Source: Chiloscyllium plagiosum
Lineage: Eukaryota
Assembly (NCBI RefSeq): GCF_004010195.1
Contig: NC_057719.1
Coordinates: forward strand, 87,977,929 to 87,997,928
DNA: 20,000 nucleotides
Reading direction: 5' to 3'
Part shown: in pieces, positions 10,298-18,545 of the stretch
Position numbering within the stretch: position 1 is the first letter of the stretch
Layout of the letters: every line of letters begins with the position of its first letter
The notes under the pieces: generated by a model
Told to the model about the DNA's origin: nothing
Database searches by the model: none
Seen by the model: the letters and a program-made list of their open reading frames with translations, nothing else
Translations under genes and position numbers: made by a program

Positions 10298-10630
10298 ATG
10301 ATCCGCTTCAGTACACTGAGGACTTGTGAATGGTGCTGAACATTGTGCAATCATCAGCGAATGCTCCTACTTCTGACTTTATGATGAAGGGAAAGTCATT
10401 GATGAAGCAGCTGAAAATGGCTTGGCATAGGACACTACCTGAGGAAATCCTGCAGAGATGCCCTGGAGCTGAGATGACTGACCTTCAACAACCACGACCA
10501 TCTTTCTATGTGCCAGGTATGACTCCGACCAATAGAGAGTTTGCCTCCCAATTCCCATTGATTCTAGTTTAGCTCTGGCTCCTTGATGACCACCTGGTCA
10601 AATCTGGCCTTGATATCAAGGGCTGTAAGT
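10298..10630 (-). mobile_element. Old CR1/L2-group LINE RT-core fragment
   Basis: Minus strand GSVLCQAIFSCFINDFPFIIKSEVGAFADDCTMFSTI, containing the RT motifs GSVL and FADD. Confidence 0.8.
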
Positions 10631-10649
10631 CTCATGATATCCATTTTGT

Positions 10650-10830
10650 AAATCCATGCTGATTGTGTCTGATTCTGCCACTATTTTCTAAGCTATAAAA
10701 TCCTTGATAATGGACTCTGGCAACTTCCCCAGTACTGATGTCAGACTCATTGGTCTATAATTCCCTGCCTCCTCTCTACCTCGCCTTTTAAGTAGTGGGG
10801 TTACATTAGCTAACGTCCAGTCTGTAGTAA
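10650..10830 (-). mobile_element. CR1 LINE fragment (RT N-terminal region)
   Basis: Minus strand ANVTPLLKRRGREEAGNYRPMSLTSVLGKLPESII. Confidence 0.75.
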
Positions 10831-10950
10831 TACATGTTCCATGTGGTAAACTGGATGGAGATGGTACCCACTTCCTGATTTGACAGAATTATAAAGATGC
10901 TTCTTGGTAAAGTTATAAGCATGAGTTAGATTATTTTTACACACGCCGGT

Positions 10951-11279
10951 GGGCGGCATGGTGGCACAGTGGTTAGCACTGCTGCCTCACAGCGCCAGAG
11001 ACACGGGTTCATTTCCCGACTCAGGCGACTGACTGTGTGGAGTTTGCACATTCTCCCCGTGTCTGCGTGGGTTTCCTCCGGGTGCTCCGGTTTCCTCCCA
11101 CAGTCCAAAGATGTGCAGGTCAGGTGAATTGGCCATGCTAAATTCCCGTAGTGTTAGGTAAAGGAGTAAATGTAGGGGAATGGGTGAGTTGCGCTTTGGC
11201 GGGGCGGTGTGGACCTGTTGGGCCAAAGGGCCTGTTTCCACACTGTAAGTAATCAAAGTAATCTAATCTAATCTAATCT
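10951..11279 (+). mobile_element. HE1-like V-SINE, full length, young subfamily
   Basis: A box TGGCACAGTGG, B box GGTTCATTTCC, intact V-domain, (TAATC)n tail. Confidence 0.95.
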
Positions 11280-11315
11280 CGACTTGCTCCAAACCTTAAT
11301 GTCCTTTACCTGCAT

Positions 11316-11661
11316 GGGGTGGTAACGTGGCTCAGTGGTTAGCACTGCTGCCTCCCAGCGCCAGGGACCCAGATTTGATTCTAGCCTCAGGTGATTGTCT
11401 GTGTGGAGTTTGCACATTCTCCCCATGTCTGCGTGGGTTTCCTCCCATGATCCCAAGATGTGCAGGTTAGGTGAATTGGCCATGATAAATTGTCCCATGG
11501 TGTCCAGGGATGTGTAGGTTAGGTGCCTGAGTCAGGGTAAATATAGGACAATAGGGTAGGGGAATGGGTCGAGGTGGGTTACTCTTCGGAGGGTCAGTAC
11601 GCATTTATTGGGCTGAAGGGTCTGTTTCACACTGTAGGGATTATTTGATTCAATGACTCTA
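11316..11661 (+). mobile_element. HE1-like V-SINE, older subfamily
   Basis: TGGCTCAGTGGTTAGCACTGCTGCCTC head, V-domain with a small deletion, tail CACTGTAGGGATT...GACTCTA. Confidence 0.88.
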
Positions 11662-12101
11662 TCTGTAACTTGTAACAAAGGCAATGCAATAATTGTAGAG
11701 GACTTTTATAGTTTGAACAAATTAGATTGGCAAAAGTAATTTTTCTTTACATCTGGAAGTGCTAGCAGACATAACCAAATGACTTTCTCACCCACCTAAT
11801 AGCCGTGACTCTTTTTTTGTTTTTAACGATTAATCACCACCCGTGAAGCTAATTAGATGTTTACATTGCAAAGCCCATTATAGAACCATCAAACTGGCAA
11901 AAATTGGCGTGTTCGTGGAATATATCTGAAACAATTTTCTAGAACAAACAGGAACGAGTATATTTTACATCTTGTTTTGTGTGAGGCGAGATGTTTAATC
12001 AGTAATCTGGCAACAAGAGGTACCCTAAGGAAGAACAGTCACAGTATATCACTTTACATTTGAGTGACCTACCTAAGACTTACACAGGTGCAAGGCAAAT
12101 T

Positions 12102-12269
12102 ATAGAATCATAGAATCCCCTACAGTGTGGAGGCAGGTCATTTGGTCATCAAGTCCACACTACCCCTCTGAAGAGCATCCCACTCAGATTCACCTCCTAC
12201 CCTATTCCTATAACCCTACATTTTTCACAGATAATCCACCTAACCTGTACATCCCTGGACACTGTGGGC
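12102..12269 (-). mobile_element. 3' half of an older HE1-like SINE, split by the Rex1/Babar insertion
   Basis: ATAGAATCATAGAATCCCCTACAGTGTGG tail on +; ends CCTGGACACTGTGGGC and continues at 15871. Confidence 0.82.
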
Positions 12270-12662
12270 CAAGGAGGCCAGGCCCGACTCACATATCTGT
12301 AGGAGCAGAAGACTCACTCCGCCAACTCCTGGGACCGTGCAGGAACAAAATCCCCATCCCCAAGGAGACCAGACCAGCTCAGGCCTAAATTACAACTTCG
12401 AGGGGATGGGGAGGAGGGGGGGTTGCGCGTGGTGAGTTGGTGGTGGCAGGCCCAGCCTGCCCGGACTTGACGGACTTACCTGGAGCAGCAGACCTGCATG
12501 ACCAACTCCTGGGACCGTCCAATTGCAGGAAACCTTCAAGGAAACAGGGAAAATGTGCTGGCCTGAGGATGAGGTTGAAACAATCAGTTTCAAGAACCCC
12601 CTCCCCAGCATACTACTGGCCGATGTCCAGGCTATCGAAAACAAAACGGACGATCTGAGATG

Positions 12663-12790
12663 TCCTGATGAAGGGATTATGTCCATAACATTGATCCTCC
12701 TGCTCCTTGGATGCAGCCTGACCTGCTGTGCTTTTCCAGCACCATACTCTTGACTCTGATCTCCAGCATCTGCAGTCCTCACTTTTTCCT
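12663..12790 (+). mobile_element. Penelope-like family A, copy 4 (decayed HHR) inserted in the Rex endonuclease
   Basis: TCCTGATGAAGGGATTATGTCC...CTCACTTTTTCCT; degenerate TSD GATCTGAGAT / GAACTCAGAT. Confidence 0.82.
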
Positions 12791-15020
12791 AGAACTCAGA
12801 TCTAGTCTCACTTTCTAGAGGAAACTGAGAGACTGCTGTGTGCTCTGCTTCACGGACACTTGCCTCACCCCTGCTACTCCCAACTATGCCTTACAAGCTG
12901 ACAAGTTCTCCATACACCGTGTGGAACGCACGGTGTCCTAGGGCAAGAGAAAGGGCAGTGGGGTATACTTTCTGGTCAATACCTCCTGGTGCTCGGACGT
13001 AGTGACCCTGGTGAGCCACTGCTCCCCAGACCTATAATACCTCACAGTAAAACGCCATCCCTACTATCTGCCACATGATGGGGATGTGGAGAATGCCATA
13101 AACACTCTCGAGATGAAATTCTCCGAGGCCTTATTCATCATACGACAACTTCAACCAAGCCAACCTGAAGGCCAAAGTACCACCAACATGTCTCCTGGCC
13201 CACCAGAGGACCGAACTTTCTGGACCACTGCTACACCACCATCAAAGACACCAACCACTCCAACCCTGCCCACACTTTGGAAAATCAGATCATGGTGCTG
13301 TGTTCCTCCTTCCAGCTTACAAGTAGAAGCTGAAATGGGAGGACCGTTCACAAAAGGAAGTACAATGCTGGTCCGAGCCAGTGGATGAGCATCTCCGGGA
13401 CTGCTTGGAATCGGTGGACTGGACTGTCTTCAAGTACTCAGCGGAAAACCTAGACCAGTATGCCACCACTGTCAGTGACTTCATTAGCAAATGCGTGGAG
13501 CACTGTATACCAATGAATCAATCCAGGTGTTCTCCAACCTTGGATGAACCAGGAAATCACTCCCTACTAAAGACCAGGCGTACAGCATTCAAGTTGGATG
13601 AAATCCAGATATGACCTCCACAAAGCCATTAGGGATGCCAAGAAGCAGTACCAGACCCACTTAAAGATTCAAATCTACCAGGTAGGCACCTGCCCCCTGT
13701 GGCAAGGCTGAAACAACATTACAGGATACAAAATGAAACAGAGCAAGATAGCAGACAAAGATACATCCCTGCGTGCTTTCTATGCTCGGTTCAAGCAGAA
13801 TTCCAGCGGCATGGTGTTACCTGCCCTGACAGCCCCTGACATATGCACCTGTGCCCACTGCTGCAGACATCAGTTCAGTCTTCCTGGGAGTCAAACCAAG
13901 GAAAATGACAGGCCCGGACAGAGTCCCCAGCTGAGCACTTATATCCTGCGCAGACCAACTCGTGGGAGGTATTCATCGACATCTTCAACCTCTCAGTCCT
14001 GCAAGCCAAAGTCCCCACCTGCTTCAAGAAGACCACCATCATCCCAGTACCTAAGAAAGCACATGCAATGTGCCGTAATGCCTACCACCCAGTGACTCTG
14101 ACCTCAATAATCATGAAGTGCTTCGAGAGGCTGGTCATGGTGCAAATCAACTCCTGTCTCCCAGCCTCCCTTGTTCCTCTACCATTTGCCTACCGCTGTA
14201 ACAAGTCCACAGGGAAATGTCATTCCGTAGCCCAGCACTCACCCCTGGAACACCTGGATAACAAGGGAACCTATGTCAGACTCCTGCTTACTAACTACAG
14301 CTCGGCATTCAACACCATTATCCCATCCCATCTGATCTCAACACTCTGAGACTTAGGTCTGGGCTCCGCCCTCTGCAACTGGATCGTCAGCTTCCTGACC
14401 CACACACCGCAATCAGTGAAGATAGGTAACTGCATCTCCTCCACAATAACCCTCAACACTGGAGCCCTTCAAGGATGCATTCTCAGCCCTCTACTGTACT
14501 CCTTGTACACCCATGACTGTGTTGACAAATTCCAAACAAACATGTTTGCTGATGACACCACCTTGGTAGAGCAGATATCAAACAATGATAAGTTGAAATA
14601 CAGAAAGGAGATAGAGGGCTTGGTGATGTGGTGCAATAAAAACAACCTCTGTCTCAATGTTGGCAAAACTAACGAACAGATCATTGACTTCAGAAACAAG
14701 GGAGGAGGGCACACCCCCAGCTACATCAATGGAGCTGATGTTGAAAGGGTGGAGAGCATCATGTACCTAGAAGTGACAACAAACGACAACCTGTCCTGGA
14801 CTTCTCATGTTGATGTAACAGTCAAGAAGACAGTCAGGAGCGTCAGAAAATTTGTCTTGTCTTGTCTTGTCCCTCACCAATGTTTACAGATACAGTATTG
14901 CAAGCATACTGTCCAGATACATAACGGCCTGTACAGTAATTGCTCTGCCCAGGACCATAAGAAACTATAGAAGGTTGTGTGCATAGCCCAGACCCTCATG
15001 GAAGGCAGCCTTCCATCCAT

Positions 15021-15170
15021 AGAGCTGAAAATGTGTTGCTGGAAAAGCGCAGCAGGTCAGGCAGCATCCAAGGAGCAGGCGAATCAACGTTTTGGGCATG
15101 AGTCCTTCTTCAGGGCTTTTCCAGCAACACATTTTCAGCTCTGATCTCCAGCATCTGCAGTCCTCACTTT
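15021..15170. mobile_element. Penelope-like family A, copy 5: inverted pair
   Basis: Minus arm 15021-15114 (tail-less, mutated HHR); plus arm ~15115-15170 carries the tail. Perfect TSD TTCCATCCAT at 15011-15020 and 15171-15180. Confidence 0.9.
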
Positions 15171-15278
15171 TTCCATCCATGGACTCATTGAGATGGCCCG
15201 TTGCTGAGGAAAGGCTGCCAACATCATCAAAGACCCCTCCCACCCGAGTAATGATCTCCTTCAACCTCTTCTATCAGG

Positions 15279-15360
15279 AGGAGAAAGTGAGGATTGCAGA
15301 TGCTGGAGATTAGAGTCAAGAGTATGGTGTTGGAGAAGCACAGCCGGTCAGGCAGCATCT
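15279..15360 (-). mobile_element. Penelope-like family A, copy 6: 3' fragment without HHR
   Basis: AGGAGAAAGTGAGGATTGCAGATGCTGG...GGCAGCATCT; TSD TCTTCTATCAGG (15267-15278) / TCTTCCATCAGG (15361-15372). Confidence 0.85.
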
Positions 15361-15600
15361 TCTTCCATCAGGCAGGAGATACAGAAGCTTGAACACACAC
15401 ACCAACAGGTTCAAGAAGAGCTTCTTCCCTGCTGTTACTGGACTGATGAATTTTTTCAATAATTTCAAATAATGCTGATCTTGTTCATGTTGCCTCTGTG
15501 TATTTTTCACCCTACGATCTGCATGTTCTTGCTTACTATGATCTGCCTGTACTGCTCATAACAAAGCTTTTCACTTAGGTACACATCAAATCAAATCAAA

Positions 15601-15866
15601 TGAAAGATATAAAAGGGACCTTAGGGGTCAACTTTTTCACGCAGAGGGTGGTACGGGTATGAAATGAGCTGCCAGAGGAAGTGAGTGGAGGCTGCTACAA
15701 TTACAACCTTTAAAAGGCATCTCGATGGGTATATGAACAGGAAGGGTTTAGAGAGATATGGGCCAAGTGCTGGCAAATGGGACTAGATTAGGTTGGGATA
15801 TCTGGCCGGCATGGACGAGTTTGACCAAAGGATCTGTTTCTGTGCTGTACATCTCTATGACTGTAT
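15601..15866 (+). mobile_element. CR1 3'-end fragment (same subfamily as 3646-6110) inserted in the Rex tail
   Basis: GAAAGATATAAAAGG...TTTTTCACGCAGAGGGTGGT...CTCTATGACT matches the reverse complement of 3670-3767 and 4111-4276; AAATCAA of the Rex tail resumes after it. Confidence 0.85.
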
Positions 15867-15870
15867 AAAT

Positions 15871-16054
15871 CAATTTAGTTGGCCAATTCACCTAACCTGC
15901 ACATCTTTGGATTGCGGGAGGAAACTGGAGTACCCAGAGGCAACTCGCGCAAACACGGGAGAATGTGCAAACAAGATAGTTGCCTGAGGGTGGAATTGAG
16001 CCCAGGTCCCTGGTGTTGTGAGGCAGCAGAGTTAGCCACTAAGCCACCGTGCTG
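15871..16054 (-). mobile_element. 5' half (tRNA head and V-domain) of the split HE1-like SINE
   Basis: CAATTTAGTTGGCCAATTCACCTAACC...AAGCCACCGTGCTG. Confidence 0.85.
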
Positions 16055-17731
16055 TTGATTGGCCAGAAAGATCAGAAAAATAGATTTAAAAGCATAGTTA
16101 AATAAACAACACTGAAAATTTAAGGAAATACTTTGTAATTCTCAACAAATATACATTCCATTGGGAAGTAAAATCCCCCCCCCAAAAAGTGGCCAATTAA
16201 AGAGGTTAAGAATGCTACTACATTCAATAAAAGAGTATTGCCAAGTAGAATAACAATCCTGAGGGATGGGAGAATTTTAGACAAAGAAACAAGAATGAAT
16301 GATCTAAAAATTGATGAAGAGGGAGAAAAAGGAGAACATGAGAGTAAACTAAGAAAAGATATTGAAACATTTTAAGAGCTTCCATAAGTACATAAAAACA
16401 AACATGGGAACAAAAGCAAATGTTGGTTATTTAAACATAGGACAGGACAATTTATAAGATGTCAGTAAACATATACTTTATGTTTGTCTTTACAGTAGAA
16501 GACACAAAAGACATATCAGAAACAGTTGGTGTCCAAAGGTTGAATGAGATTGAGGAATCTAAAGTAATGAATATTAAATAATCCAAGATGAGGACAGGAA
16601 AATTTGTGGCTGTAAGAGCTGTTGTTCTTTTGAGGTATGTTCAATGTTGGAGCTGATTTCCTCGAATTCTGGGGACAATACTTACTGTTTTATAAACTGT
16701 TGCATTGTTTTGGAACTTTGGGGGTAGAAAGGAAGTGACCACAGTTTGCCTCAGCAGTAATCTGCACAGCTAACTGTCTCTGCTGTTTAATTTCAACTAT
16801 CTCTAACCATCGGAGTTTGTCTAAGAAAAATAAACAAATAGCAAAATTCACAGCTGACCTTGGAGAAATCTATGTGAGGTGCTCACAGTAAGGGAGCAGC
16901 TAAGAGGCTAGTTTTAAATTGTAATCATACTGTGGTTTGGATTAGAAATTGTCCAGCTGAAAGAAGACAGAGGATAGTGGTTGATGGGAAATGTTCATCC
17001 TGGAGTTCAGTTACTAGTGGTGTACCACAAGGATCTGTTTTGGGTCCACTACTGTTTGTCATTTTTATAAACGACCTGGATAAGGGTGTAGAAGGATGTG
17101 TTGGTGAATTTACGGATGACACTAAGGATGGTACAGTTGTGGATAGTGCTGAAGGATGTTGTAGGTTACAAAGGGACATGGATTACCTGCAGAACTGGGC
17201 TGAGAGGTGGCAAACGGTGTTTCATGCAGAAAAGTGTGAGGTGATTCACTTTGGAAGGAGTAACAGGAATGCAGAGTACTGGGCGAAAGGTAAAATTCTT
17301 GGTAGTGTAGATGAGCAGAGAGATCTTGGTGTCCATATACATAGATCTTTCAAAGTTGCCACCCAGGTTGATAGGGCTGTGAAGAAGGTATATGGTTTGC
17401 TACCTTTTATTTGACAGGGATGAAGTTTTGGAACCATAAGGTCATGCTGCAGCTGTACAAAACTCTGGTGCAGCCACACTTGGGGTATTGCATGCAGTTT
17501 TGGTCATTGATTTATAGGAAGGATGTGGAAGCTTTGGAAAGGGTTCAGAGGAGATTTATTAGGATGTTGCCTGGTATGGAGGAAAGTCTTAAGAGGAAAG
17601 ATTGAGGCTGTTGAGGCTGTTTTCATTGGAGAGAAGAAGGTTAAGAGGTGACTTAATTGAGACATATAAGATAATCAGAGTTAAAAATCACACAACACCA
17701 GGTTATAGTCCAACAGGTTTAATTGGAAGCA

Positions 17732-17766
17732 CACTAGCTTTCGGAGTGACACTCCTTCATCAGGTG
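17732..17766 (-). ncRNA. Minimal type I hammerhead ribozyme motif (family B), intact core
   Basis: Minus strand CAC CUGAUGA a GGAGU guc ACUCC GAAA gc UA GUG. Confidence 0.75.
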
Positions 17767-18091
17767 ATTGTGGAGCACTCGATTGTAACACAGAATTTAT
17801 AGCAAAAATTTGCAGTGTGATGTAACTGAAATTATAGATTGAAGAATTGATTGTCTGTTAAGCCTTTCATCTGTTAGAATACAGTGATAGTTTCACTTCT
17901 TTCATGTGTAAATCACAAAACCCTTTTTTTTAAAGTTGCATTCTCGGGTTAGCTGTTAACAGCTGTATTCTAACTGTATTCTAACAGATGAAAGGCTTAA
18001 CAGATAATCAATTCTTCAATGTATAATTTCAGTTACATCACACTGCAAATTTATGCTATAAATTCTGTGTTACGATCGAGCCCTTCACAAT

Positions 18092-18126
18092 CACCTGATG
18101 AAGGAGCGTCGCTCCGAAAGCTAGTG
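18092..18126 (+). ncRNA. Minimal type I hammerhead ribozyme motif (family B), intact core
   Basis: CAC CUGAUGA a GGAGC guc GCUCC GAAA gc UA GUG: 3-bp stem I, 5-bp stem II, palindromic AGCU stem III, predicted cleavage after A18123. Confidence 0.78.
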
Positions 18127-18545
18127 TGCTTCCAATTAAACCTGTTGGACTATAACCTGATGTTGTGTGATTTTTAACTTTGTACACCCCAGTCCAACAC
18201 TGGCATCTCCGAATCAAGATAATCATAGGGTTAGATCGGGTGGATAGTGAGAGCCTTTTTCCTCAGATGGTGATGGCTAGCACGAGGGGGCATAGCTTTA
18301 AATTGAGGGGTGATAGATATTGGACAGATGTCAAAGGTAGTTCTTTACTTAGAGAATAGTAGCATGGAACACACTGCCTCTAACAATTGTAGAATCGCCA
18401 ACTTTACGGACATTTAAATGGTCATTGGATAGGCATATGGACGAGAAAGGAATAGTGTAGGTTAGATGGGTTTCAGACAGGTTTCACAAGGTGGTGCAAC
18501 ATCGAGGGCTGAAGGGCCTGTACTATGCTGTAATGTTCTATCTCT

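Larger units (their letters stand above)
12270..15600 (+). mobile_element. Near full-length decayed Rex1/Babar-clade LINE (endonuclease and RT)
   Basis: Endonuclease start PLPSILLADVQAIENK...[73 protein letters not shown]; (TCAAA)3 tail at 15586-15600. Confidence 0.9.
11670..16600 (+). mobile_element. Highly degraded CR1-type ORF2 remnants (~11670-12100 and ~16060-16600) flanking the nested SINE/Rex block
   Basis: Patchy motifs in shifting frames: endonuclease-like NAIIVEDF, NNFLEQ, ILHLVLC on the left; KSFHKYIK and YFMFVFTVED on the right. Confidence 0.45.
17679..18215. mobile_element. Penelope-like family B: inverted terminal pair with ~207-bp arms
   Basis: 17679-17885 is the reverse complement of 17973-18179; the right arm has an extra ~36-nt tail to 18215. 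TSD AAGATAATCA at 17668-17677 and 18216-18225. Confidence 0.9.
16930..18543 (+). mobile_element. 5'-truncated CR1 LINE (RT C-terminal half and 3' UTR) interrupted by a Penelope-like insertion
   Basis: RQRIVVDG, GVPQGSVLGPLLFVIFINDLD, FTDDTKDG, KCEVIHFG, LERVQRRFIRM, RLRGDLIETYKII; resumes at 18216 and ends GCTGTAATGTTCTA. Confidence 0.93.

Noticed and set aside
9647..10339. 230-aa plus-strand ORF
   Set aside because: Antisense shadow of GC-rich Tx1 coding sequence, running on into LTR and LINE debris.
10951..11025. tRNA-like sequence with A and B boxes
   Set aside because: It is the tRNA-derived head of a SINE, continuous with the V-domain and tail, not a tRNA gene.
17743..17755. Apparent compensatory change in HHR stem II (GGAGC/GCTCC versus GGAGT/ACTCC)
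   Set aside because: Both changes are CpG transitions (CG>TG and CG>CA), so methyl-C decay explains them without selection on structure.
17679..18215. Long inverted repeats as a MITE/DNA transposon or miRNA hairpin
   Set aside because: The arms are asymmetric (extra tail), the same sequence occurs as a single arm at 18794-19158, and TSD lengths vary; this fits Penelope-type retrotransposition better.
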